This document shows, in pieces, positions 18,684 through 27,583 of a DNA stretch of 42,492 bases. Source of the DNA: a virus; IMG/VR virus record IMGVR_UViG_3300013581_000001, one strand, 5' to 3'. The position numbers and the translations under genes were made by a program. Below the pieces are notes generated by a model. The model was not told the origin of the DNA and did not search any database. It saw only the letters and a list, made by a program, of their open reading frames with translations. Position 1 is the first letter of the stretch. Every line of letters starts with the position of its first letter.

Positions 18684-18921
18684 TGCAAGCCTCCAAATCA
18701 CTTAATAAATTTTGGAACTCATGCGTTCCGTCTAGTTGGTCCATATATTTTAAATCTCGCTTTAATTCGTTTTCACTTACCATTTCGTTAGCTATCTCAA
18801 ATAAATGATATTGATTGTATGGTGTTATAATTTGATTTACTGAGCGATGTACTTCCACATATTCTTTTAATTTCTTCTCTTTCAACTTTATCCATAAACT
18901 TTTATAATCTTTATCTTTCAT
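18673..18921 (-). CDS. Hypothetical protein (82 aa)
   Basis: ORF with overlapping start and stop. Confidence 0.4.
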   Translation of the reverse strand: MKDKDYKSLWIKLKEKKLKEYVEVHRSVNQIITPYNQYHLFEIANEMVSENELKRDLKYMDQLDGTHEFQNLLSDLEACNGQ

Positions 18922-19237
18922 CGTTTACCTCCAATAATTTCATAGGTTCAAATAAATCATCATATCTTTTGTAGATAACCTCTTTTTGTTTATCATTATC
19001 GCCTGGATATTCCACTATCTCTTTTGAGATACTAGCTAAAACTTTTACTATCTCATCAAACGCCTCTGCTTTCCTTTTCGTTTCTGCCATATCATTGATG
19101 AGTTCATCACGTTGCTTACGTAAACTGTCACGTTCATTTCTAAACTTCCACCAATCACTACGTGGATAGCTTTCGTCTAAATCTAACTCATTGTTTCTAA
19201 TGAATTCTAATAATTGTTCCTTAGTTACTTCTGCCAT
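18911..19237 (-). CDS. Hypothetical protein (108 aa)
   Basis: ORF. No motif recognised. Confidence 0.4.
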   Translation of the reverse strand: MAEVTKEQLLEFIRNNELDLDESYPRSDWWKFRNERDSLRKQRDELINDMAETKRKAEAFDEIVKVLASISKEIVEYPGDNDKQKEVIYKRYDDLFEPMKLLEVNDER

Positions 19238-19421
19238 TCCTCATACACTCCCTATTCTTTCTTATATTTTCTTTCTCAACTTTCATCGTCACTCTGCTTC
19301 CTGCTACTTTAACCAAAAAGCCTTTAACACCTATCTGTCGTAACTCCTGTTGTATTTCTGTAGGCGTCTTACCTTGTGTGTTGTATCTGTATCGTTGGGA
19401 TACCGTATCACTTAGTAGCAT
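19221..19421 (-). CDS. Hypothetical protein (66 aa)
   Basis: ORF overlapping its neighbours. Confidence 0.35.
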   Translation of the reverse strand: MLLSDTVSQRYRYNTQGKTPTEIQQELRQIGVKGFLVKVAGSRVTMKVEKENIRKNRECMRNGRSN

Positions 19422-20022
19422 TTATTTTGTCCTTAACTTCTTTTTGTTTGTTTAATAATTTAACAAAGTTGATTCCTGCTTTAGTTAAGTTACGATCAGT
19501 TGAAGTTAAATTAAGTTTGTTAATACGTACTAATTCTTTACGACTTACCAATGCTATATTTTCTTCGCTACAGTCTGACCTGTTTTGATTCAAATGTATT
19601 AAACAATATCCTTTGGGCACAGGTCCGTGCTTTTGTTCCCATAAATAATGTGTGTATTGTTTCCAACATTCGTTTTTAGAACCTCGTTTTTTGATTTTTA
19701 TAAACTTATAACCGTCAGTAGTGGTTTTTATCGTTCCTAAAGGAAATGTGTTATCGGGCTTTTGTCCTTTCTTAAATTGAGTTTCAGCGCTTCTACCTCT
19801 GGACGGAAAGCTTTTACCTTTGTTCCAAGAAGGCACACCTTTTTTAAACTTACAATCAACCCCACTTCTTATCCTTTTTCTCGAACAAAAACCTTTCATT
19901 TTATCTGTAGTAACATCAGTGCCAAACTCCTTATTAAACATTTCCGTCATTTCTTTCTTAGTTTTACCTTTGATGTTATTTCGAATATATTTTTCATGCT
20001 CATCAGTCCATACATGTCTCAT
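19408..20022 (-). CDS. HNH homing-type endonuclease
   Basis: 204 aa, basic. The C-terminal ..GYCLIHLNQNRSDCSEENIALVSRKEL.. carries the H-N-N core of the HNH_3 family. Free-standing in the early region. Confidence 0.65.
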   Translation of the reverse strand: MRHVWTDEHEKYIRNNIKGKTKKEMTEMFNKEFGTDVTTDKMKGFCSRKRIRSGVDCKFKKGVPSWNKGKSFPSRGRSAETQFKKGQKPDNTFPLGTIKTTTDGYKFIKIKKRGSKNECWKQYTHYLWEQKHGPVPKGYCLIHLNQNRSDCSEENIALVSRKELVRINKLNLTSTDRNLTKAGINFVKLLNKQKEVKDKINATK

Positions 20023-20027
20023 GGCTA

Positions 20028-20282
20028 TTACTCTCCTAACAACTTAGGGATTTCTGATTCTGCATCTAATTTTTCATCTTTAAACTTTTGTGCTTGCAGC
20101 ACTAAACTGCCATTATTAATGATATTTTGAGCTACTTTAGAAACTGCACTAGATCTTTGTAACTCCTCTTTTAATTCTTCGCCTTTTAAATCTTCATCGC
20201 TTAATCTTTCTAATTGTGCAAATAAATGATTGTTTAAATCTGTCAATGTGTTTCTCATTTCATTAACCCTCCCACTTTTCAA
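20028..20282 (-). CDS. Hypothetical protein (84 aa, coiled coil)
   Basis: ORF. Confidence 0.4.
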   Translation of the reverse strand: MKSGRVNEMRNTLTDLNNHLFAQLERLSDEDLKGEELKEELQRSSAVSKVAQNIINNGSLVLQAQKFKDEKLDAESEIPKLLGE

Positions 20283-20706
20283 ATGCTCTGTTTAGATACC
20301 AACGTGCTTTGTCTAAATCTTCTTTTCCGTTCTTACGATTAGCTCGACTTATATATTTAATTGCATTACCAATTGCAAATGCTAACTCTGGTTTGTAATC
20401 TTTAGTGACTTGCTCTATAAAATCCATTATTTCTATTTCTCCATACGTGTAATGTGACGGGTGGTTAATCTTGTCATATAACGTCTTTTTGTTTTCTTCA
20501 TTTTCATCTGGTAATGAGTAAAAATCGTAATTATCATCAATAGTCCAAGTTTTCCCATCAATCGCTTTTACATCAGCAACCCATTTAGCCGCACCACGTC
20601 TTGAATGAACTAAACGATATACATTTTTAACCTTTGCTGTAACTTCCACACCGTTAAGTCCATGCATTCTAATTGTGTTACCTCTACTCAAGTCCTTAAC
20701 GCTCAT
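20263..20706 (-). CDS. Hypothetical phage protein (DUF3310-like C-terminus)
   Basis: 147 aa. The C-terminal ..INHPSHYTYGEIEIMDFI...AIKYISRANRKNGKEDLDKARWYLNRA resembles DUF3310 proteins of staphylococcal phages. Confidence 0.4.
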   Translation of the reverse strand: MSVKDLSRGNTIRMHGLNGVEVTAKVKNVYRLVHSRRGAAKWVADVKAIDGKTWTIDDNYDFYSLPDENEENKKTLYDKINHPSHYTYGEIEIMDFIEQVTKDYKPELAFAIGNAIKYISRANRKNGKEDLDKARWYLNRAFEKWEG

Positions 20707-21116
20707 GATCTAACCACCTTTCTAGGGAATATGTCGTTTTCCATAAGGTAATTACACCATTCACTACGAGAGTGTACTTGAGGCACTTCGAACAAGTGAG
20801 GTTTCTTGCGTCTTAGATTAAGTTCTTTTTGTCGTTCTAATCTAACTAACCTCATTCTGTCCTCATGTTCCAATTGATATAGTTTTTTTCTCTCTTTCGC
20901 TTCTGTATCTTGCTCGTTGTACTCTTCAAATAAAGCTTCTTCAGGACTGTAACCAGAATACTTAATACGTCTTACGATAAGTTTCCATGGTGTCCCTGTA
21001 TATTCAGCTTCGTGTACATCTTCAACTGGCAATAAGTGTTTCTTTTCTTCAGTTTTTACAACGTAATATAATCTATTATTTTTAAATTCAATCGTTCTAT
21101 TCTTTGCTAATTCCAT
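20703..21116 (-). CDS. Hypothetical protein (137 aa)
   Basis: ORF. Confidence 0.4.
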   Translation of the reverse strand: MELAKNRTIEFKNNRLYYVVKTEEKKHLLPVEDVHEAEYTGTPWKLIVRRIKYSGYSPEEALFEEYNEQDTEAKERKKLYQLEHEDRMRLVRLERQKELNLRRKKPHLFEVPQVHSRSEWCNYLMENDIFPRKVVRS

Positions 21117-21383
21117 TTACTCCACCTCTAAATCCTGTATTTCAATCTCGACTTTTCTAAAAAGTTCATCTATCTGATTTCTGATACGCGTGCCACTTAA
21201 ATTATTAGGTTCTTGCAACGTCTGGAATCTCAACGTATTTAATCTATAAATAACGTCAGTAAGTAATTCTGATAATTCTTTTATTTTCTCGCATGATTCT
21301 GCGTCTCGGCGTGCATCTTTAAGAAAATCTATGCCGTCCATCAATACATCTTCAGTAATATTTAAATCTGTTTTAATTTTCAT
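21117..21383 (-). CDS. Hypothetical protein (88 aa)
   Basis: ORF. Confidence 0.4.
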   Translation of the reverse strand: MKIKTDLNITEDVLMDGIDFLKDARRDAESCEKIKELSELLTDVIYRLNTLRFQTLQEPNNLSGTRIRNQIDELFRKVEIEIQDLEVE

Positions 21384-21575
21384 TTACTCCACCTCTATTA
21401 ATTCAACTAGTTCAAAATCTTCGTTCATCAGCTCTTTGTCAGGGTTGTTGCTGATTAAATCTAAAACACGTTCCTTTTCCTCATTTGCAGTAATTTGATT
21501 GTTTACCCAAACTGGATACTTACATCTAACTTTCATTGTTGCTTCGACTGTGATTGTTTCTTCTCTGTTAGCCAT
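21384..21575 (-). CDS. Hypothetical protein (63 aa)
   Basis: ORF. Confidence 0.35.
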   Translation of the reverse strand: MANREETITVEATMKVRCKYPVWVNNQITANEEKERVLDLISNNPDKELMNEDFELVELIEVE

Positions 21576-21983
21576 TCACTCCACTTCCTCTATATTCATG
21601 ATTATTTTTGGTTCTTCTGCATATTGCTTAAAGCTTTCAATGTGTGCAATTTGGTTATCATCTTTCCATAAGTGATCGTTAGCAGCGTCTAGCACTGTTT
21701 TAATTAAATTGTCTATATCTGGTTTCGTACGTTTGTATTGGCCTATCGATATTAACTTTTGATTCTTAGTCCAACTCTTAGGTGGTGCGAAGTAAAAATA
21801 TATTGATACTTTCAATCTACTGTTCAACATCTTTTTAGGTAACTGACTCTGTATATACGCTTTATGTTTCGTATAAGATGTTGGCATGTATGTTTGGATA
21901 AACTTACCTGCATTTCTAAAACGTGGACGAGGAGAGCCGATAGGTTCCTTATACGTATCATTAAAATTAATCTCTATTTCCAT
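21576..21983 (-). CDS. rusA: Holliday junction resolvase RusA
   Basis: 135 aa. N-terminal ..PIGSPRPRF.. and central ..KPDIDNLIKTVLDAA.. match the RusA family. Confidence 0.7.
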   Translation of the reverse strand: MEIEINFNDTYKEPIGSPRPRFRNAGKFIQTYMPTSYTKHKAYIQSQLPKKMLNSRLKVSIYFYFAPPKSWTKNQKLISIGQYKRTKPDIDNLIKTVLDAANDHLWKDDNQIAHIESFKQYAEEPKIIMNIEEVE

Positions 21984-21991
21984 AACTCACC

Positions 21992-22261
21992 TCAAAATAA
22001 TAATTCGTTAATCGTCATCTGTTGTTGTAGTTCTTCTTTTCTGAACAACTTATGTTTGCGTTTAAGTTTTTCTAGTTCATTTTTCGTTACCGTTCCTGAA
22101 AATGTGTTTCGAAAGTGTATCCCTGCATAGTTACCTAGTTTGAATGTATCTTCTCCTAACGGCGTTACACTGCACATTTTCCAACCGTCAATCTGATATA
22201 ACGTGTATTGCTTTTCAAGTCCGTCGATAAGTCCCATCTGGTTGCCTCCACTTCGTTTCAT
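21992..22261 (-). CDS. Hypothetical protein (89 aa)
   Basis: ORF. Its upstream end overlaps 22215..22436, so the true start is probably internal. Confidence 0.35.
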   Translation of the reverse strand: MKRSGGNQMGLIDGLEKQYTLYQIDGWKMCSVTPLGEDTFKLGNYAGIHFRNTFSGTVTKNELEKLKRKHKLFRKEELQQQMTINELLF

Positions 22262-22436
22262 TCATGATTAATTCTTTAACGCTTTCGTAATCGTCAAAAG
22301 GTTTAATGGTGCCGGCGTCAAGCAACCTATTAATTGCCCACCCAGACTCAATTAATATTTTGGCTATGATTGGATCTTCTTTATAATCCTCTCGATACAT
22401 AAAACCTAAAAGTTGCTGATACTCATAAACTTTCAT
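22215..22436 (-). CDS. Hypothetical protein (73 aa)
   Basis: ORF directly after the dnaB stop. Confidence 0.35.
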   Translation of the reverse strand: MKVYEYQQLLGFMYREDYKEDPIIAKILIESGWAINRLLDAGTIKPFDDYESVKELIMNETKWRQPDGTYRRT

Positions 22437-23683
22437 CCATAAAACCTCTGCGTTTTCTTGTAGAAATCAAGGTGTGCCACCCCTGTTTCTCCGTCTTTAT
22501 TTTTAGAAATAATGAATTCAATTTCCGACTTGCCTGTAATGTTGTCTTGTTGATCTTGGTCGTAATAATCGTCACGGTATAAGAAGAAAATCATATTCGC
22601 GTCTTGCTCAATTCCTCCTGCTTCTCTTAAATCAGACATCATCGGACGCTTATCACTACGACTTTCTACACCTCTACTTAATTGAGATAGCGCGATAATG
22701 ATACAACCTGTTTCTTTAGCTATAATTTTTAAATCACGAGAAATCTTTTCGACTTCTAACCGTCTATCACGTTGAGGTACATCTGATTGCATGAGTGTTA
22801 GATAATCAATGAATATTACGTGAGGTTTGTCTGTTTTTTGAGATGCGACTTCTCTAACGTCTTGTGGTGTCATTTGTGCTTGGTCCTCAATCTTTAAAGA
22901 ATTACATTTTTTAATTTGATCTATAGCAGACATTACCGATGAAACTTCATCATCGTTTAAACCGTTACCTTGCTTAATTTTAGATAGTGGAATATTTGTT
23001 ATTGTTGCAACTAATCTCTCAACGATATTGTTACCTCCAGTTTCTAAACTAAAGAACGTTGTAGGGTATCCACGCTGCGCGATATTCCACATCATTGTTA
23101 ATGCGAGAGATGTTTTACCTAATGAAGGTCTTGCACCTAATACATTCAACTGACCTGGTTCAAAACCAATGATTTTGTTATCTATAGAAGCAATACCAGT
23201 TTTAATAAATTGTTTTGGTTCATCAGATAGAATATTTTCTACAACTTCAGCTAGAAAACTATCAGTAGCGTCTGCTTTTTTTATTGTCATACCTTTTAAT
23301 TTCTCTAATTCCTCTACCAAATAATTAAAATTTTCTTTATTCGGCATTGATTGATACTCTGTCAGCTTCTCACGAGCTTGTGACAAAACGTATTCTTGTA
23401 ATAGGTTCAATTGGTCGTCCATAAAAAACGCCTTGTCAGTGCCATCTGAGTTGTATAAACGACCTAATCGGTCAGTAGATATAAATTCATTATCATCACG
23501 ACTTTTAAAGTAGATCTGGTTTACATCGACCTTCCCTTGCTCTAGTGCATACTCAATGAACACTCTTAATTTTTCATCAGTAAACATTTCAGGTTTCAAT
23601 CTGAATTTACTTAGTAACTCTGGGTTACGCATGAGGTTAGATATAATAGATTCTTCGGTACTCAACACATCAATACTCATCAT
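22433..23683 (-). CDS. dnaB: Replicative DNA helicase (DnaB family)
   Basis: 416 aa. Walker A GARPSLGKTSLAL. Also SLET, IIDYLTLM, LSQLSRGVESRSDKRPMMSDLREAGGIEQDANMIFFLYRDDYY, all DnaB C-terminal domain signatures. Confidence 0.85.
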   Translation of the reverse strand: MMSIDVLSTEESIISNLMRNPELLSKFRLKPEMFTDEKLRVFIEYALEQGKVDVNQIYFKSRDDNEFISTDRLGRLYNSDGTDKAFFMDDQLNLLQEYVLSQAREKLTEYQSMPNKENFNYLVEELEKLKGMTIKKADATDSFLAEVVENILSDEPKQFIKTGIASIDNKIIGFEPGQLNVLGARPSLGKTSLALTMMWNIAQRGYPTTFFSLETGGNNIVERLVATITNIPLSKIKQGNGLNDDEVSSVMSAIDQIKKCNSLKIEDQAQMTPQDVREVASQKTDKPHVIFIDYLTLMQSDVPQRDRRLEVEKISRDLKIIAKETGCIIIALSQLSRGVESRSDKRPMMSDLREAGGIEQDANMIFFLYRDDYYDQDQQDNITGKSEIEFIISKNKDGETGVAHLDFYKKTQRFYG

Positions 23684-24029
23684 CTAACCCCCAATCCTCT
23701 TTCATCTTTTGCCATTGTTTTCTTAATTGTTGCCTTCTCTCTCTAAACTCTTTATCGTGTTGCATTCTATATTTATCAGTTTGTTCTTCTGGTATCACTG
23801 CGCTTTTCATTTCTGGTGGTTTGCGATCAATAATTTGTGCAATCGTAGGTTTATAACGACTTTCTCTAATATATTTCTTAGTTTTGTGTAAAGTTCTGTC
23901 GTAATCTCCGTATTGTGTGAGTTGTTCTATCCATATATCTGTTTTAGTTTTGTTAGTATTGAAACCCATGCCATAGACATCTTCTAAAACTTTTAATATA
24001 GATGCTGCCTGCTTGATAGTCATTGGCAT
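23670..24029 (-). CDS. Hypothetical protein between the replisome organiser and the helicase (119 aa)
   Basis: ORF. Basic C-terminus. No ATPase motifs. Confidence 0.4.
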   Translation of the reverse strand: MPMTIKQAASILKVLEDVYGMGFNTNKTKTDIWIEQLTQYGDYDRTLHKTKKYIRESRYKPTIAQIIDRKPPEMKSAVIPEEQTDKYRMQHDKEFRERRQQLRKQWQKMKEDWGLDDEY

Positions 24030-24035
24030 TAATTA

Positions 24036-24752
24036 TCACCCCTCCATCAAATCATCTAGGATATTTCCTTCTCTTTTTGTTTTTTGTACAGTTTGATTCA
24101 AGTATTTATCAAAATTACTTTTTCTAAATAGTGTTGATGGTTGTAAATAATCTTTCATAGAATCAACATTGATCCATTCTGCTACTTTGTTATCTATGAC
24201 TTCCAAGAAATCTTCTTTTGAGTATCCCTCGTTAAATCTAGCTTTGATTAATTCTTGATTTGCTTTAGCTCTAAAATTAAACCTCTTACCTGTATATCTA
24301 TTTAGATATTCAATAATCTCTTTGTATGTGAAGTGGTCGACTCTATTACTATTATTATTATTTAAATCATTATTAGTAGAATCATTATTAGTAGTTGCAG
24401 GTTTCGCGACGTCGCGTTTCGCGCTGTCGTGATTCGCGCTGTCGTGAAATGTGCACCGCGGTTTTTCATGCAAAGTATATTCGTAACCGTTAAAATCTCC
24501 ATTATCTTTTCTAGATGGAATCCTAGTCATATAGCCTTTTTCTATCAATTCATTAATAATTGATCTAACGCTAATTCTTCCATCAGTGGAAATTTTCTCT
24601 AACTGAGATTGATAAATTTTCCAGTCATCTGGTTTAGAAAACAGATAGCTCATAAGTCCTTTTGCTTTCCAAGATAATGTTTCATCTTCTACGTAATGTT
24701 TACTAGCTATGAAATAATTACCAGATGTTTTTTCGGTTCTAATTATCCCCAT
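24036..24752 (-). CDS. Replisome organiser / replication initiator (N-terminal initiator domain plus DnaD-like C-terminal domain) with origin iterons inside the coding sequence
   Basis: 238 aa. The N-terminal winged-helix-like region and the C-terminal ..FTYKEIIEYLNRYTGKRFNF...FNEGYSKEDF.. resemble the DnaD-like domain. The central linker is encoded by GC-rich 15-bp tandem repeats. Confidence 0.65.
   Translation of the reverse strand: MGIIRTEKTSGNYFIASKHYVEDETLSWKAKGLMSYLFSKPDDWKIYQSQLEKISTDGRISVRSIINELIEKGYMTRIPSRKDNGDFNGYEYTLHEKPRCTFHDSANHDSAKRDVAKPATTNNDSTNNDLNNNNSNRVDHFTYKEIIEYLNRYTGKRFNFRAKANQELIKARFNEGYSKEDFLEVIDNKVAEWINVDSMKDYLQPSTLFRKSNFDKYLNQTVQKTKREGNILDDLMEG
24403..24447. repeat. 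Three tandem 15-bp iterons (TTCGCGACGTCGCGT, TTCGCGCTGTCGTGA, TTCGCGCTGTCGTGA). Putative phage replication origin embedded in the organiser gene
   Basis: Copies two and three are an exact tandem repeat. Copy one contains the 12-bp palindrome CGCGACGTCGCG. The stretch is locally about 60% GC in an AT-rich genome. It sits in frame, encoding HDSAN-HDSAK-RDVAK. Confidence 0.55.
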
Positions 24753-25419
24753 TACTTTCTCCTTTCAACATTCGGTTGAGCCGTTCATCTACGTCCACCC
24801 AACTGTCATGTAATTTATATTTCTCGTTAAAGCTATCCATTCCAATTTGGTGCTGTTCTTGATGGTGTCTTGAACATAAAGCTAATACTTTGTTATCTGT
24901 ATGAGCTATCTTGCGTCTGTTACGTCCTCGACCTACTGCGTGATAATGTGCAAGTTCTGCTCGTGGCGCTCCACATATTACACAGTTACGATTGACTGTT
25001 GACCAGTAAAGGAACGCTTTATCATTTTTGAGTAAGTCACTTGTTTTATAATTAAGTGGTATATTGTTGTGAAACACCCAGTCGAGAATAACTTCTATAA
25101 CTTGTTTAGCTTGTTCTCTAGTGCAATCACTCAACGAGAGGCGTTTCTCGTAGCCGCAGAGGACTTCTACATAATCCATAAACATATACCTCATATAGTC
25201 ACGGGGCTGTCCCGTATATGCTTCTATGTCGTTACAAAGCGCAAATATTTTTCTGCGTTGTTTATCTGTAATCTTGAATGGATCTACAACTCTTACGTCA
25301 GCTTCTACTTCGTAACCGTTGTCTAAAAGCAAAGATGTTTTGTTATCTAGTTCTACTCCTTTGATAACTACAGTTGTTGTACCGTCATCTTCTGTAATGT
25401 AGTTTTTTATTACTACCAT
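24739..25419 (-). CDS. HNH-like nuclease domain protein (DUF968-like)
   Basis: 226 aa. The C-terminal ..CVICGAPRAELAHYHAVGRGRNRRKIAHTDNKVLALCSRHHQEQHQ.. is a C..C / H-N-H type metal-binding motif. Next to SSB, as in staphylococcal phage recombination modules. Confidence 0.45.
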   Translation of the reverse strand: MVVIKNYITEDDGTTTVVIKGVELDNKTSLLLDNGYEVEADVRVVDPFKITDKQRRKIFALCNDIEAYTGQPRDYMRYMFMDYVEVLCGYEKRLSLSDCTREQAKQVIEVILDWVFHNNIPLNYKTSDLLKNDKAFLYWSTVNRNCVICGAPRAELAHYHAVGRGRNRRKIAHTDNKVLALCSRHHQEQHQIGMDSFNEKYKLHDSWVDVDERLNRMLKGESNGDN

Positions 25420-25432
25420 CTAATCAGTCCAA

Positions 25433-25861
25433 TCAGAACGGTAATTCTGAACTATCCATGTCTGTTCCGTTAGCAAAAGGATTATTTTTAGTTGCGGTTT
25501 GTTCTTGTTGCTTTTGAGATTGGTTATTTTGTTGGTTATTACCTTTGGTATCTAAGAACTGAACGCTATCGGCTACAACTTCTGTAACAAATACTCGACG
25601 ACCTTCGTTATTTTCGTAATTACGTGATTGAACACGTCCATCTACACCTGCTAGTGAACCTTTTGAAAGATAATCGTTTACATTCTTCGCTTGTTTTCTG
25701 AACACAACTACATTGATGAAATCTGCTTCTCGTTCACCTTGTGCGTTAGTAAATGTTCTGTTTACTGCTAATGTGAATGTCGCTACTTCAACTCCACTCG
25801 GCGTAGTTCTAAACTCTGGATCTTTCGTTAATCTTCCTACTAATACAACTCTATTTAACAT
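25433..25861 (-). CDS. ssb: Single-stranded DNA-binding protein
   Basis: 142 aa. OB-fold N-terminus [23 protein letters not shown]...FTLAVNR... and an acidic C-terminal tail ..DMDSSELPF. Confidence 0.9.
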   Translation of the reverse strand: MLNRVVLVGRLTKDPEFRTTPSGVEVATFTLAVNRTFTNAQGEREADFINVVVFRKQAKNVNDYLSKGSLAGVDGRVQSRNYENNEGRRVFVTEVVADSVQFLDTKGNNQQNNQSQKQQEQTATKNNPFANGTDMDSSELPF

Positions 25862-26495
25862 TTGAATTCTCCTTATCTAATTGTTTTAGTCCTGCATCTA
25901 GTTTTTGATGTGCATTTGCTATATCTTTTTTAGTAACTTTGTTAATGTTTTGAATACCTAACCAACGCATTGTTTTGTCTAGCGTTGCGTCTCTACCTTT
26001 TTCTTGAGATAAAGTTACAAACTGGTTGATACGTTCTTCTAATTCTGTAATGTCATTGTCGTTAGCGCTTGGAACTTCTTCCCCGTTATATATATAAAGG
26101 CCTAGACCATGTAATGCTGCAGCTTTAACAAAACAACGTTTTTGAGCTTTATTAATATCGAACGTTGTCGCGCTACCCTTTGCTAAAGATTTGTTTCTAA
26201 AATCCAATACTGGAAGCCATTCTGTTTCAGTTTGTCCTTTTACAGTTACTGACACTTGTACGAAGTAACCCTCTGGAGTAGCTAAATAAGGTACAAAATA
26301 GTTATCTAGTGGTACATCAGGGTGTACAAATTCATGTGTTTTAATACTGTAATTGCTGTCTATCTTCTTTAATTCTTGATGAGCGTATGACCATGCTAGG
26401 TAGGTTAATCCGTTTTTCTTTTCTACATGATCGTTTACGTCTTTCTGATTTAATTGATTAAATAGTGTTTCTTCAGTCATACTCAACCTCCTCAT
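25851..26495 (-). CDS. Single-strand annealing protein (Sak / DUF1071, Rad52-like)
   Basis: 214 aa upstream of ssb. ..[18 protein letters not shown]...[11 protein letters not shown]...LPVLDF.. matches the DUF1071/Sak pattern. Confidence 0.5.
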   Translation of the reverse strand: MRRLSMTEETLFNQLNQKDVNDHVEKKNGLTYLAWSYAHQELKKIDSNYSIKTHEFVHPDVPLDNYFVPYLATPEGYFVQVSVTVKGQTETEWLPVLDFRNKSLAKGSATTFDINKAQKRCFVKAAALHGLGLYIYNGEEVPSANDNDITELEERINQFVTLSQEKGRDATLDKTMRWLGIQNINKVTKKDIANAHQKLDAGLKQLDKENSNVK

Positions 26496-26703
26496 ATTCA
26501 GTTGTTTCTGTTACTTTCTTTTTAATTGCTCTGTGCTTAGTCATGTCTATACTCACATCTTCTAGTCCTGCAAATTCTCTTGCTCTCCGTCTATCTCTTG
26601 AATAAGAAGTATCTTCTTCATTGTTAGGTTTGTTGGTGATATACAGGTCGAAAGGAGCATCTTTCAATTTAATTAGGTATGTCACTGTTTCTTTCAATTC
26701 CAA
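26473..26703 (-). CDS. Hypothetical protein (76 aa)
   Basis: ORF. Confidence 0.4.
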   Translation of the reverse strand: MELKETVTYLIKLKDAPFDLYITNKPNNEEDTSYSRDRRRAREFAGLEDVSIDMTKHRAIKKKVTETTEYEEVEYD

Positions 26704-26944
26704 TCACTCCTTTACGCAATATATCTATTGTTCTATCCATGACTTTGATTGTTTCGTTTTGTGTTTCGCATGATTCTATAGCTTTTCTGAAATCTTTTCT
26801 AAGTTCAAAATATTTATCGCACATATCTTCGTAACGTTTGTTTAAAAAGTCATAGTCACTTCGTAAGAAATCTAAATCTATTTGGCTTTTGATTAGTTGA
26901 GAGTATTCTTCTCTAGTCAACTTGACTGTAATTACCTCTTGCAT
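26669..26944 (-). CDS. Hypothetical protein (91 aa)
   Basis: ORF with a GGAGGAGAGAA ribosome-binding site. Confidence 0.4.
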   Translation of the reverse strand: MQEVITVKLTREEYSQLIKSQIDLDFLRSDYDFLNKRYEDMCDKYFELRKDFRKAIESCETQNETIKVMDRTIDILRKGVIGIERNSDIPN

Positions 26945-26998
26945 TTTCTCTCCTCCACTTGTATATTTAAGTTGTATATTTTAGTTAGTGTTTGACTG

Positions 26999-27175
26999 TT
27001 ACTTGTTGGCGCAAGTTTCAGTCTTTTTTATTGTTTTCAACCATGCCTCCCAAATGAACACACTGAAAATAAGCGCTAGTAAAGACGCCCCAATTACTGT
27101 CGTGAAACCTGCTCCACATAATAAGGTGATGACCATTATTCCAAGCATTGTGATGTAGCCAAGTAAGTATTTCAT
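26999..27175 (-). CDS. Small two-transmembrane membrane protein (58 aa)
   Basis: Not in the track. GAGGT ribosome-binding site then ATG at 27175. MKYLLGYITMLGIMVITLLCGAGFTTVIGASLLALIFSVFIW.... Confidence 0.35.
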   Translation of the reverse strand: MKYLLGYITMLGIMVITLLCGAGFTTVIGASLLALIFSVFIWEAWLKTIKKTETCANK

Positions 27176-27201
27176 GGATTTAACCTCTTTTTTAATTTAA
27201 G

Positions 27202-27348
27202 TTAAGAAAATTTTTGACCTTTTCCTTTTCTTTTCCATTTGCCATTAATAGAATCGTAATTGTATTTAGTTTCACCCTTAGCATTCCTAACTTCCTCGAC
27301 CAAAAGTGCAGTTAGGAGTGCTATTTTAATGAGTTGTAGTTTGTTCAT
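27202..27348 (-). CDS. Small basic protein (48 aa)
   Basis: Not in the track. GGAGGT ribosome-binding site then ATG at 27348. MNKLQLIKIALLTALLVEEV.... Confidence 0.3.
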   Translation of the reverse strand: MNKLQLIKIALLTALLVEEVRNAKGETKYNYDSINGKWKRKGKGQKFS

Positions 27349-27361
27349 CGGTAAACCTCCT

Positions 27362-27580
27362 CTAAAGTGCCGTTTCTGACACCATTAAATTTTGTTCTAT
27401 AAAGTCAATTGCCGGTCTAATCTTGATGTAGCGTTTATGATTCTTGCCAAATCTGTACATACATTTCTCTTGGAACTCTTTATTGCTATAAACGTGCTTT
27501 TCTAAATCGTTTTTAGAAATTCCACTTATTTTCACAAACTCGATAGCGTCCGCAAATCCAATGTATTCCATTGCTATCAC
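27362..27580 (-). CDS. Hypothetical small protein (72 aa), possible DNA-binding protein (DUF771-like)
   Basis: ORF immediately downstream of the antirepressor gene. Confidence 0.35.
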   Translation of the reverse strand: MIAMEYIGFADAIEFVKISGISKNDLEKHVYSNKEFQEKCMYRFGKNHKRYIKIRPAIDFIEQNLMVSETAL

Positions 27581-27583
27581 TCC

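Noticed and set aside
24403-24447. Possible CRISPR-like or VNTR repeat
   Set aside because: There are only three 15-bp units with no spacers. They are in frame inside a coding gene and GC-rich. This is far more consistent with origin iterons.
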